Shown piece after piece: positions 9,083 to 18,443 of a stretch of DNA of 37,727 nt. The position numbers and the translations under genes were made by a program. The number at the start of each line of letters is the position of its first letter. Position 1 is the stretch's first letter. The stretch covers positions 1-37,727 of IMG/VR virus record IMGVR_UViG_3300043473_000002, one strand, 5' to 3'. The notes beneath the pieces were generated by a model. It saw only the letters and a program-made list of their open reading frames with translations. It was not told the origin of the DNA and did no database searches. This DNA is from a virus. Its lineage: Duplodnaviria; Caudoviricetes.

Positions 9083-10033
9083 ATGCCTGTACTTCAAAAC
9101 GTCCTGGCAACGACGATTGAGCGTAGTCGTAAGAAGCTCATCGTCGCCGCTATGCAGAGCAATGCGCTTATGGCGTGGTGCTTCGCACGTGACCGCATTG
9201 AGAACGAGAGCAGCGGTTACAACATCACTAACCCCCTGTTGACTGGTCGCAATCCGACAGTGGGCAGCTATAGCTACTACGACTCTCTCCCCGTCCAGCA
9301 GACGCAAGAGTTCATCAAGCTTGAATACAGGTGGTCACGTATTGCTGGTACAGTGATCATCTCTAATCAAGAGGAAGACGAGAACAAGGGTGAACAGGCG
9401 GCAGTTAAGTTGCTACAGGGCAAGCTTGAAGCTCTTGAACTCTCAATCAAGGAGAAGTTCAGCGGCTACCTGTATGGCCTTGGTGGTGGCAACGATCCGA
9501 ACGGCTTGGCACTTCTCATACCTGATGATCCTACTACTGGCTCTCTTGCCGGTGTGGATCGTGCAGCAGAAGTACAGTGGCGTTCTTCGTCCTATGACTT
9601 CGCAGGTACTCTCAACGCTACGAACATCGAAGAAGCATACGACGACGTACTACTTGATCTCAAACAGGGTACAGAGCGTCCCAAGGTCATCATCGCAGGT
9701 CGTAACCACTATCGCCTGTATCGCGCTGCTGTTCGCAGCAAGCTTACCATCCCCCTCAATAACACGGGAGCGGGTAAGCGCATGATGGACTTAGGCTTCG
9801 ACGGCATCAGCCACAACGGTGTACCGATCATCTATGATGAGAGCTGCCCCGTTGATCGTGCCTACTTCCTCAACGACACGTATCTGCGTCTGCACATCCT
9901 CGGTGACAACAACATGAAGAATGTTGACCTCACTGCACCGTGGACGATTGACGGCTACGGACAACGTGTCATCACGCAGTGCCAGTTCTGCACGTGGAAG
10001 CAGTATCGCACACACGCAGTAGTCAACGACTAA
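9083..10033 (+). CDS. Major capsid protein
   Basis: 316 aa after scaffold. HK97-fold-like pattern (GDPNGL-like turn, GVDRA..WR, NGVPIIYD..CP..RAYFLN) and C-ending codon bias. Confidence 0.88.
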   Translation: MPVLQNVLATTIERSRKKLIVAAMQSNALMAWCFARDRIENESSGYNITNPLLTGRNPTVGSYSYYDSLPVQQTQEFIKLEYRWSRIAGTVIISNQEEDENKGEQAAVKLLQGKLEALELSIKEKFSGYLYGLGGGNDPNGLALLIPDDPTTGSLAGVDRAAEVQWRSSSYDFAGTLNATNIEEAYDDVLLDLKQGTERPKVIIAGRNHYRLYRAAVRSKLTIPLNNTGAGKRMMDLGFDGISHNGVPIIYDESCPVDRAYFLNDTYLRLHILGDNNMKNVDLTAPWTIDGYGQRVITQCQFCTWKQYRTHAVVND

Positions 10034-10046
10034 CAAGGAGCCTACA

Positions 10047-10478
10047 ATGGCAGAAGTAGTCAGCTTTGAGAACAGACCCATGCAAGCACTTAGCATGGAT
10101 CAGAAGCAGAAAGCTGTACCTGCATACACGATTGAGCCTATGAAGCGTCATACTGTCGTCAATCGCACAGTGAAGGACGAGATAGGCTTCCGCATTGTGC
10201 CTACTGATGTAACCATCGACGGCTACATGGTACGCACACTCCGCGGTGACAGTGTATTCCTCACGCATGAGGAGGTTGTACGTCAAAAGCTTGATCGCAA
10301 CCTGATACCACTGTTGGTAGATGGCGGCGACGATACACCAGTAGGAATGCAGCAAGCTAACGCTGCACTCTCCACGAAGCAGAAACAAGCACTCGACACT
10401 ATTACGCAGCTCCTCGAAACTGACCCAGCGTTGGTTGACAAGCTGCTTGGCAGTGTCACAGATAAAGAGGACAAGTAA
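10047..10478 (+). CDS. Hypothetical protein
   Basis: AAGGAG RBS, 143 aa, in the head operon. Confidence 0.8.
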   Translation: MAEVVSFENRPMQALSMDQKQKAVPAYTIEPMKRHTVVNRTVKDEIGFRIVPTDVTIDGYMVRTLRGDSVFLTHEEVVRQKLDRNLIPLLVDGGDDTPVGMQQANAALSTKQKQALDTITQLLETDPALVDKLLGSVTDKEDK

Positions 10479-11120
10479 ATGGCAGTACAAGTCGCTACCT
10501 CGGGTATGCGTCGCATCAGTTGCCGTGTAGACCAGTTGTGCTACGCGGCTGATGTCGGCGTTGACGGTATTACTACTGTTGACATCCCAGCGCTCGCAGC
10601 AGCAAGTGCTACGTCGCTTGCCAACGGTACAGTTCTCGCTGCGGCAGGCAATGTTGTGCCTACTGCTGTGATGACTGACTTCATCATGGGTCGTTATGGT
10701 CGCAACATCAGTGTTACTGCTGGTGCCGGTGGTGCTGGCGTGATTGTTGGCTATGACTATCTCGGTCAAGCAATCAAAGAGAACGTCACGCTTATTGCTG
10801 GCGCAGTCCTTAGTAAGAAGATGTTCAAGGACATCGCCTATGTTACCGTGCCAGCAGCGGGTACGTTCAGCATCGGCGTTGGTGCTGTTCTCGGTGTGCC
10901 TTACAAAGTGCTGCACACCTCACTCCTCGGTGAGTTGACGAGCGATGTCACAGCAGCAGCGGGTGCGCTTGTTGCTGGTGTCAACGTGCAGACACTCACA
11001 AGCTTCGACCCACGTGGTACGTATACGCCAGCAGCGGCACCTGATGGCACTCGTTGGTATCGCTTCTCATGCTTCGTTGATCGCAGCAATCTGCATGGTT
11101 CTGCACACGTCATCGTCTAA
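10479..11120 (+). CDS. Probable virion structural/decoration protein
   Basis: A/G/V/T-rich beta-type sequence (GYDYLGQAIKENV, DPRGTYTP) with GAGGA RBS, in the head module. Confidence 0.65.
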   Translation: MAVQVATSGMRRISCRVDQLCYAADVGVDGITTVDIPALAAASATSLANGTVLAAAGNVVPTAVMTDFIMGRYGRNISVTAGAGGAGVIVGYDYLGQAIKENVTLIAGAVLSKKMFKDIAYVTVPAAGTFSIGVGAVLGVPYKVLHTSLLGELTSDVTAAAGALVAGVNVQTLTSFDPRGTYTPAAAPDGTRWYRFSCFVDRSNLHGSAHVIV

Positions 11121-11131
11121 CGGAGGATACA

Positions 11132-11383
11132 ATGGCTAAAGAACCTGCATATCAACCACCAACGACGCAGCATCCTATGCATACACCTACACCGGCAGAG
11201 GCACCACCGAAGCCGCAGAAGCTGCGTACTACGTTCGCAGACAAGAAGATCGTAGCACGTAGATCATCTCGTCAAGGTGACGATGGTTATGAGTTGAGTA
11301 CTATTCATGACCAAGTGACGATCATCTTTGAAGATGGCAGTGAGAAGGTCATCAAGAGTAGCGACCTGTACGAACCAGAGTAG
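11132..11383 (+). CDS. Hypothetical protein
   Basis: GGAGG RBS, 83 aa, Pro-rich N-terminus. Confidence 0.8.
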   Translation: MAKEPAYQPPTTQHPMHTPTPAEAPPKPQKLRTTFADKKIVARRSSRQGDDGYELSTIHDQVTIIFEDGSEKVIKSSDLYEPE

Positions 11384-11385
11384 TA

Positions 11386-11457
11386 GTCTAGCTCATTCCC
11401 TCCCGGTGGCTAGACAACGGGGTAGCTCACACACCACCCCAGTGTGTGGGCTACTCT
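11386..11457 (+). terminator. Tandem RNA hairpins ending the head module (terminator, stabiliser or processing site)
   Basis: GTCTAGC/GCTAGAC (11386-11415) and a 15-bp stem 11420-11456 whose mismatches are G-U on the + strand. No U-tract. Confidence 0.6.
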
Positions 11458-11474
11458 AACTACAGGAGCGCAAG

Positions 11475-12116
11475 ATGATCTTGTTCGGCAGCCTTGTGAC
11501 TAAGGTGTTGCAGCGACTTGCGCTAGTCGAAGGGCTAGATGCACAGATATACGCTGAGCCACGCATACAGCTAGCTATACAACACAAGTTCGATATGCTG
11601 TTCCGTGAATACTGGATACCAGAGTATACAGTGTATCAAGAGGAACACGTACTTGATGGTACGACAGGTATGGTCGTTGAGGACTTGAGTGACAAGATCA
11701 AGGATTGGCGAGATATACATAGTGTATTCAGTGAGAACTCATACAACCCGCTATCATTAGCACCACCACATTCACGTGGTATCGACATCAACTACATGAG
11801 CATTCAACCTGTAGCCACTGACAAGAAGAAGTGGTTTCGCATCCTACCGTTGAATACACAAGGCAAGGTGTGGATCACCTATCGCACTAAGCCTGACGAC
11901 TTCGAGGAGGACAGCGACGAGATACACCTCGACACACAGCTATTGCTGCTAGGTAGCTGCTGGGATGTGCTTGAAGATGACGGCACCAATCCGGGTGCTA
12001 GTGACAAGTTCAAGGCACTGTTCCAAGATGCACTAGCGCAGTTCAACAGACAGCAATTCAACATACCACTCAACACCGTGCGAGCATCGCGCTCTACTCT
12101 GAATAGGTGGACCTAA
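11475..12116 (+). CDS. Tail adaptor / tail tubular protein A-like
   Basis: 213 aa with helical ends and beta core, AGGAG RBS, directly before the nozzle-sized gene. Confidence 0.7.
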   Translation: MILFGSLVTKVLQRLALVEGLDAQIYAEPRIQLAIQHKFDMLFREYWIPEYTVYQEEHVLDGTTGMVVEDLSDKIKDWRDIHSVFSENSYNPLSLAPPHSRGIDINYMSIQPVATDKKKWFRILPLNTQGKVWITYRTKPDDFEEDSDEIHLDTQLLLLGSCWDVLEDDGTNPGASDKFKALFQDALAQFNRQQFNIPLNTVRASRSTLNRWT

Positions 12117-14590
12117 TGGTGCAGATGTTGTCTAGAGCGCCCAAGGTTGCAGCTAGACCTAAGCCGCGTCCTACACCTAAGCTACAGAACACCACTATCA
12201 GAGACTTTGGTGGTGGACTGAACGTCGTTGACAGTGAGCAGAACTTGACGAGCAAGTTCGCACCTGTGTTCGACAACATGATCACCTATACAGATCGACG
12301 TGTAGGACCACGCCCCGGCTACGAGATGTGGTTGAAGTTGAAGCAGGGTGGTGAGACTGCCTTCAGTGCTGCTGACATGTCCATTAGCGTTGTAGCAGAG
12401 TCACGTGTTGTAACACTCAACATCACGCATGGATTGACAGGCTCTAACGCACATATCACGATCAACGGCTGGGAGATACCATTCAACGGCATCACAGAGG
12501 CAATGATCAATGGTACACACGGTGTGCGTCGTATCGTCAATGCCAATGCACTTGAGATTGTAGTCACCAACTCAGCACTAGCCGCAGGCACTAGTGCAGT
12601 CGATAGTGTCAACTTCAACGTCGATACACATGCGCTAGGTGGTGAACCTATAGAGTGCAAGTACTTCGCCAACTACGTCATCGTGTGGACTAGCATTGGT
12701 GAGATACTACGCATTGACCGTGATAAGAACATGCAACTCATATGGAGTTCTGCTGCTGCCTTCGCACTAGTAGGCAATCCTATTGCATGGACAAAGAGTG
12801 AGTTGATAGCTAGTGACATATTCGGTAAGGAGTTGATATGCTGCAACGGTAGAGACAAGCCACTGTCTATCGACTTCACACGTACAGACATCATCCAGTA
12901 CCTAGTAGACCCCGGCAATAGCAGCAGCAACGCTAAGGTGCCAGCGTTCGATGCGTGCAAGTCAGCATTCCGCTACTTCACCATCCATGACACAGAGATA
13001 GCCACACAACCTGAATACATCACGTCGATACGTATAGCAGCTAAAGACACAGCTATGGTCTATTCAGATGCACCCGGTGCGGGTGACGCTGTAGACATTG
13101 ACATGAGTAAGGTCGTCGCTAGTCCTGAGCAAACAGTACGGGGCTTTGCTACGATCAAAGACACCATCCTCGTTATACAGCCTACAGCTACCACGCTGAT
13201 GAAGTACGGTGCAGAGACTACTGTTGCTGGTGGTGACATGCATGATCCACAGCCAGTAGACACACTCAACAGCTTCGGTACTAGTGCACCTCGTTCTATC
13301 GTTGAGATAGGCAGCGACGTGTTCATGATCGACTTCAACGGTGTACCTAGTGCGAAGCTGTCGAGCGTCAACAACTCCGTCATCCCTGAGCGTGTGAGCA
13401 ACTACATCGAGAGCATGATGAGTGCACACATTGGCAGGTTGAAGAAGGAGACAATGCGGCTTAAGACGTTTGGCTTCTTCGATGGTAAGAACAAGTGTGT
13501 ACACTTCTATCTGCCTAAGTTCGACGTAGCAGACAATCGACTACTGACGATTGATCCGTTCTACTTCGACCGTGACATGGCAGTGCATAACGAGTTGAAG
13601 AACACACTCATTATGCGTATAGATGATCATCAGCTAGAGGAAGGCGACTTCGTTAAGATCAGTCGTGCCACAGGCTTCGGCGGTATCATAGACGCAAACA
13701 TCAATGGTGAACGTAAGATATACAGTGTGTTAAACGAAAACTACGTGATGATAGAGATAGGTACAACGCTCATACCAGCTACACCAGCGGAGTCGTTGAA
13801 CGGTGGTGGTAAGGACGTGTTGGTTGAACCTGTGATAGATGGCACCATTGGTTACATCTACCACTATGTACCACAGCTAAAGCTCACAGCGTGGTCTAGG
13901 TTCAAGACTAACAAGTTCCTACGCTTCAACTGCGGCTGCAACACAGTCGAAGGTCGCGTGTTTCTATTCACACCTGACGGCTTCATGATGCGCTACGGCT
14001 CACCTGATTACCATGTGACAGCCGATTGGCATCGCATGTACGACTTCGCACATTGGACGAGTGGACAGAAGTACATCGTTGGCGACCGTGTGTATGATGG
14101 TGATGATGACTTAGTGTATAAGTGCATTGAAGAAGTAACTACAACTGCACCTAGTTTCTCTGAGGCACGTGAGATAGCGATTGATAGTTGGGAGGAGTAT
14201 CTAGGTGAGCCGATTGACTTTGCATGGGAGTTGCCGTGGGCAGACTTCGGTGCACGTCAGTTGACCAAGGCATTACGCTTTGCACACTTAGACGCAACAG
14301 GTAGTGCAGAGTTCACACTATCACTGTTCTCTGACAACATATACAAGGACGCAGACACAGGTAAGCTCAAACCAGCACGCAACTTGACCTTCGTGCCTAA
14401 TGACACAGGCGCATATGGATCAGGTGCACAGGTGTATGGTGCAGGTAGACGTACACGTGAGCAGAAGCTGTGGCAGATGCCAGTTAGGTTCAAGTTGATG
14501 AAAGCACGTGTAAGTGGAAGTAGTGTGAAATCACTCTCAATCAATGCTGTAAGCTTCTTGTATCAGCGTGGAAGCGTAGTAAGAGGATGA
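12116..14590 (+). CDS. Tail nozzle / tail tubular protein B-like (P22 gp10/T7 gp12 type)
   Basis: Start revised to ATG 12116 (TAATG). N-terminal DFGGGLN..FDNM..RPG motif and beta-propeller-like composition. Confidence 0.8.
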   Translation: MVQMLSRAPKVAARPKPRPTPKLQNTTIRDFGGGLNVVDSEQNLTSKFAPVFDNMITYTDRRVGPRPGYEMWLKLKQGGETAFSAADMSISVVAESRVVTLNITHGLTGSNAHITINGWEIPFNGITEAMINGTHGVRRIVNANALEIVVTNSALAAGTSAVDSVNFNVDTHALGGEPIECKYFANYVIVWTSIGEILRIDRDKNMQLIWSSAAAFALVGNPIAWTKSELIASDIFGKELICCNGRDKPLSIDFTRTDIIQYLVDPGNSSSNAKVPAFDACKSAFRYFTIHDTEIATQPEYITSIRIAAKDTAMVYSDAPGAGDAVDIDMSKVVASPEQTVRGFATIKDTILVIQPTATTLMKYGAETTVAGGDMHDPQPVDTLNSFGTSAPRSIVEIGSDVFMIDFNGVPSAKLSSVNNSVIPERVSNYIESMMSAHIGRLKKETMRLKTFGFFDGKNKCVHFYLPKFDVADNRLLTIDPFYFDRDMAVHNELKNTLIMRIDDHQLEEGDFVKISRATGFGGIIDANINGERKIYSVLNENYVMIEIGTTLIPATPAESLNGGGKDVLVEPVIDGTIGYIYHYVPQLKLTAWSRFKTNKFLRFNCGCNTVEGRVFLFTPDGFMMRYGSPDYHVTADWHRMYDFAHWTSGQKYIVGDRVYDGDDDLVYKCIEEVTTTAPSFSEAREIAIDSWEEYLGEPIDFAWELPWADFGARQLTKALRFAHLDATGSAEFTLSLFSDNIYKDADTGKLKPARNLTFVPNDTGAYGSGAQVYGAGRRTREQKLWQMPVRFKLMKARVSGSSVKSLSINAVSFLYQRGSVVRG

Positions 14591-14600
14591 TTGCAACCTA

Positions 14601-14629
14601 TTGACAAGATTAAAGAAATGTGCTATCTA
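14601..14629 (+). promoter_or_regulatory. Putative internal promoter for tail fibre and downstream genes
   Basis: TTGACA-N17-TATCTA with TGn extension, in an intergenic gap. Twin of the promoter at 454. Confidence 0.6.
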
Positions 14630-14700
14630 ACTACCTACCACATCACAAGCGGCCAAGGCGCACTGGCTTCATTGCCACATCATATCATGGTGGCAATGAC

Positions 14701-17625
14701 ATGGTAGCCAATATACGCGGCTTTACACCTAATTACGACTTCAAGCTTATTAACTTCGACACACCTCGTTGGCATACACTTGAGTATTCCAACTGGACGC
14801 TGCTTGATGCATTGTTGACACAAGCAGGTATATCACATGTCAAAGGTGAGTGGACTAACTCTACCGACTACATCGAAGGTGAGCGTGTAGTTGATGTTGA
14901 TGACAACCTTATATACAGGTGTCAAGAAGGTCATCGTAGTTCACCTACTGGTTCATTCGCTGATGAGCGTATAGCACATCCTACATACTGGGCGCACCTG
15001 ATTGAAGCTGTGCCTATCTACCGTGGTGCATGGTCTAGTGGTGTAGCATACGACAGCGGTGACATTGTACACTATACACCGTATACCTACTATCTATGCG
15101 CTACTGCTCACACATCCACGGTGGCATTCGACCCTGCTATGTGGGTCGTCATATTCGATGCTACTGCTGTAGTTGATGCTGCGGCACTGTCAGAGGCGAA
15201 TGCTGCTGCATCTGCTGCGGCTGCTGACACATCAGAAGCTAATGCTGCGGCGTCTGCTGTTGCTGCTGACTTGTCGGCTGATGCTGCCGCTGCTGATGCC
15301 GCGGAGGCTGCTTTAGCTGCTGACAACGCACTATCGGCTCAAGGTGCATTCAAGTGGAAGTTCATTAACGACGCTACTGTATCTGATCCCGGCATCGGCA
15401 ATCAGAAGTACAACAACTCCAACATCGCACTTGCTACTAAGCTCAGCATCAGTGGTAGGTCTGCTGATAGTGGCAACCCTAATGTTCAACAGTGGTTGAT
15501 GACATGGGATGATAGTACGAGTATACCTGTCAAGGGTACTATCTATGTACGCAAGCTAGGCTTCCCTGATAACTTCTTCATCTTCAACATCATCGGCACC
15601 GCTGTTGACCACACTACATGGGTTGAGTTTGACGTTGTGTTCTTGTCACAGAACGGCGTCGTCGCACCGGGTGAGCCAACGACAGTAGGCTTCGCACGCA
15701 CTGGTAACACTGGTGGAGCGGGTGCTGGTACTGGTGACATGCTCAGGGCTAACAACCTGAGTGATGTTGCTAACATTGCTACGTCACGTACTAACTTAGG
15801 ACTAGGTGCAGCACAGACACCTACATTTGCACAGTTCCTAGTAGACTTCGATCCTACACTGCCACGCAATGTAGTGACTAAGGGCTATCTAGAAGGCGGT
15901 ACTGCACTCGCTAGCAAGGTTAGTGTAGCTGGCGATACGATGACAGGTGCACTTGCCATCAATCCTACTGGTGCTGATCCGTTCCCCGGTGCTTTTCTTG
16001 AAGTTAGTGACAGCCTTTCAGGATCGCTCTCTTATAGCCCAACATGGGCGTGGTTTGAGCAGACTGTATGGAGTGACACTTCAGTACCGATACAGGCTTT
16101 TGGTCGCTCACGCGGAACACATGATCTAACTACTCCTGTCGTTCAAGGTGATATGATTGGTACTATCTATTACAACGCCAGTGATGGTGGTGATTGGCAA
16201 GGTGGTGCTGCCATCAATGCATATGTTGATGGCCCAGTGGCAGTCGGTGCTGTACCTATGGCACTTCAGTTTTGCACTGGTAGTGTTAGTGGTGGTAGTG
16301 AACACCTACTCATACGTAGCGATGGTGGAGTTAAGGTTGGTCCGAATCCACCATTAATAAATGACGGTAAAGCTAGACAGTTTGAGGTGAATACACCTAG
16401 TAAGGACACATTCCATATCTTTCAAGATGCTAACGGTGTGATCTCTACTGAGATAGCTTCTGTCTCAGGTGCTAATGGATATGGACCGTGGGGCTATGTC
16501 TCTATGGGACGCGGTACTCATGAAGCTCCTGCTGCTGTACAAGTAGGCGATGCTATCACTGGCACATCATACTTTGGATATAGCGGAGTTTGGGGTCCAC
16601 CATCAGCATCGTTTACAGTTCAAGTAGATGGTCCTGTTACTCCTAGTCATGTACCAATGGCTCTTGTTTGGAGTACTGGTGATGGTACACCAGCAGATGG
16701 TGTAGAGCGACTGCGTATTGGCGCTGACGGTACTGTTGCAACCTCAAGCCATCTTACATCTAAAGGTGATATATACGCTGGCATCACCCTTCCATATGGC
16801 ACTTATCACTTCGGCAACAATCCTAGCACCAACTACCTACAGCACACTGGTAGTGTGTTCAAATTCAGTGATAGCCCACTTCATGCCACTCATCCAACGC
16901 TAGCTATTGGTGCCGGTGGTACGTGGGGCAATCTATACTTCGGTAACACAGGTACTAAGTACTTAGGGTTTGATGGTACTTCATACACACTCAATGGAGG
17001 CGCTCTTACTGTAGGAGGTGCTACTACTAGCAATGGTCGTCTGACTTCTTATGGCGACATAATGACATGTACTCCTAGCAACTATGGCATAGGTACAGTA
17101 TACTTCGGTAATAGCGGTGGCGTGTATATTACGTACAACGGCAGCGTCTTCGGCTTCACTCATCCAGTACAGACGACGAACCTGAATGTTACAGGTACTC
17201 TCACTACTAATAGCACTGTCAACATAAATCAGGCACCCGCTTGGATATATCAAGTCGGTCAGATGCCAACTATGTTCCAGAGTTGGTCTGGTTACACAGC
17301 AGGTGTTAGCTTCCACAACGCTGGTTCATTCGCTGTCAACTTCGGTCTAGGCAGTGATAACGTGCTGCGTGTTGGTGGTTGGTCACTAGGTTCAACGTGG
17401 TTCAAGCTGTGGACTGCTCAAGACGTTGGTGACGTTGTTATCAACACTAGGCTTGTGTATGTAGGTGACGTTGATCATGGCAATGGCAGCGGTCTACAAG
17501 AGCCGTGGGGCAATGCGTGTGTTACTGGTATGACTGGTCTCAGTGTGTACTCCGCATGGGTTGCTCGCTATCGCCTGTTGCAAGTACATGCTACAGCAGG
17601 CTACTACAACTCGGAGCTTGGTTGA
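14701..17625 (+). CDS. Tail fibre / receptor-binding protein
   Basis: Start revised to ATG 14701 (the track GTG at 14620 lies inside the promoter). CBM-like repeats, Ala-rich stalk, NNLSDV..RTNLGLG and GDTMTGAL fibre motifs, Gly-rich repeats. Confidence 0.88.
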   Translation: MVANIRGFTPNYDFKLINFDTPRWHTLEYSNWTLLDALLTQAGISHVKGEWTNSTDYIEGERVVDVDDNLIYRCQEGHRSSPTGSFADERIAHPTYWAHLIEAVPIYRGAWSSGVAYDSGDIVHYTPYTYYLCATAHTSTVAFDPAMWVVIFDATAVVDAAALSEANAAASAAAADTSEANAAASAVAADLSADAAAADAAEAALAADNALSAQGAFKWKFINDATVSDPGIGNQKYNNSNIALATKLSISGRSADSGNPNVQQWLMTWDDSTSIPVKGTIYVRKLGFPDNFFIFNIIGTAVDHTTWVEFDVVFLSQNGVVAPGEPTTVGFARTGNTGGAGAGTGDMLRANNLSDVANIATSRTNLGLGAAQTPTFAQFLVDFDPTLPRNVVTKGYLEGGTALASKVSVAGDTMTGALAINPTGADPFPGAFLEVSDSLSGSLSYSPTWAWFEQTVWSDTSVPIQAFGRSRGTHDLTTPVVQGDMIGTIYYNASDGGDWQGGAAINAYVDGPVAVGAVPMALQFCTGSVSGGSEHLLIRSDGGVKVGPNPPLINDGKARQFEVNTPSKDTFHIFQDANGVISTEIASVSGANGYGPWGYVSMGRGTHEAPAAVQVGDAITGTSYFGYSGVWGPPSASFTVQVDGPVTPSHVPMALVWSTGDGTPADGVERLRIGADGTVATSSHLTSKGDIYAGITLPYGTYHFGNNPSTNYLQHTGSVFKFSDSPLHATHPTLAIGAGGTWGNLYFGNTGTKYLGFDGTSYTLNGGALTVGGATTSNGRLTSYGDIMTCTPSNYGIGTVYFGNSGGVYITYNGSVFGFTHPVQTTNLNVTGTLTTNSTVNINQAPAWIYQVGQMPTMFQSWSGYTAGVSFHNAGSFAVNFGLGSDNVLRVGGWSLGSTWFKLWTAQDVGDVVINTRLVYVGDVDHGNGSGLQEPWGNACVTGMTGLSVYSAWVARYRLLQVHATAGYYNSELG

Positions 17626-18161
17626 TGGAAATCATTGATCATGGCACGTGGGAAACGTATCAACCTACTAACCCACCTAGAGATGCACCGCGCAAGACGA
17701 AGTTCGCTAAGCGCACAGTTAATGGTGCTGATGTTGATTGGTACGACTACGTGTATCCCGACTTCATGCGTCTACATGCGATTGTAAGACCAACTTATCA
17801 CCCAGATACAGGTGCACCTCTACCACCACCAACTATACCACCGTCGAACTTCAAAGCTGGCAGCTTAGTGTGCAACGTGTTCTACAGTGAGTACAACGAG
17901 GGCTACGTCATCGGCAACGCTACTGATGATCCCACCGCTGTGTATCCTAACGATCAACGTGTGATTGAGATTGTCGGCTACACTGGTAGTGATCCACTCA
18001 AGGACATCAGCGGCAAGATGTACGATCATGCTACTAAGTCACTGAGGAACAAGCCGCCACCTAAAGAGCCGCTACCTTCGTTCACTGAGCAGAAGATACT
18101 CAATGTGCTTGACAAAGTGTTAGAGCGGTTGGAGAAGTTAGAGAAGCATCCACACAAATGA
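17625..18161 (+). CDS. Probable tail fibre assembly chaperone
   Basis: Start revised to ATG 17625 (TGATG, GGAG RBS). GADVDWYDY motif, follows the fibre gene. Confidence 0.6.
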   Translation: MEIIDHGTWETYQPTNPPRDAPRKTKFAKRTVNGADVDWYDYVYPDFMRLHAIVRPTYHPDTGAPLPPPTIPPSNFKAGSLVCNVFYSEYNEGYVIGNATDDPTAVYPNDQRVIEIVGYTGSDPLKDISGKMYDHATKSLRNKPPPKEPLPSFTEQKILNVLDKVLERLEKLEKHPHK

Positions 18162-18442
18162 TGGTCGCAGCACAATCATGGATCAGAGAGAACAGTACGC
18201 TTGTTTACTTTCTAATTGCTCAAGCACTGGGTCTAGTCGGCGTTATTGTTACTATGACTGCGTATATGACGAAGCTAGAGGCACGTGTCAACACTCTGGA
18301 GGTGCGAGGTTCACCCCATCTGCAAGTAGTGGACAATCGCTTGACGGTGTTGGAAGCCGCTACGAGGGACAACAAGAGTAGCATAGATCGCATTGTGAAT
18401 ATAATGACTAAAGAACTTCACATCGCACCTACGAGGCAATGA
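18158..18442 (+). CDS. Membrane protein with N-terminal TM and coiled coil (holin/spanin-like candidate)
   Basis: TM LVYFLIAQALGLVGVIVTMTAYM followed by heptads LEARVNTLE..RLTVLE. ATGA coupling. Confidence 0.6.
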   Translation: MMVAAQSWIRENSTLVYFLIAQALGLVGVIVTMTAYMTKLEARVNTLEVRGSPHLQVVDNRLTVLEAATRDNKSSIDRIVNIMTKELHIAPTRQ

Positions 18443-18443
18443 C

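Noticed and set aside
10023-10916. 297-aa antisense ORF and the many other opposite-strand or alternate-frame ORFs in the track
   Set aside because: They shadow well-supported genes, lack RBSs and motifs, and are expected from the codon bias.
14640-14700. tRNA-like look of AAGCGGCCAAGGC (resembles a D-loop)
   Set aside because: No T-arm GTTC motif, no 7-nt anticodon loop and no proper acceptor stem. Treated as a structured leader instead.
17200-17625. Diversity-generating retroelement target at the fibre C-terminus
   Set aside because: No reverse transcriptase and no template repeat seen in the window.
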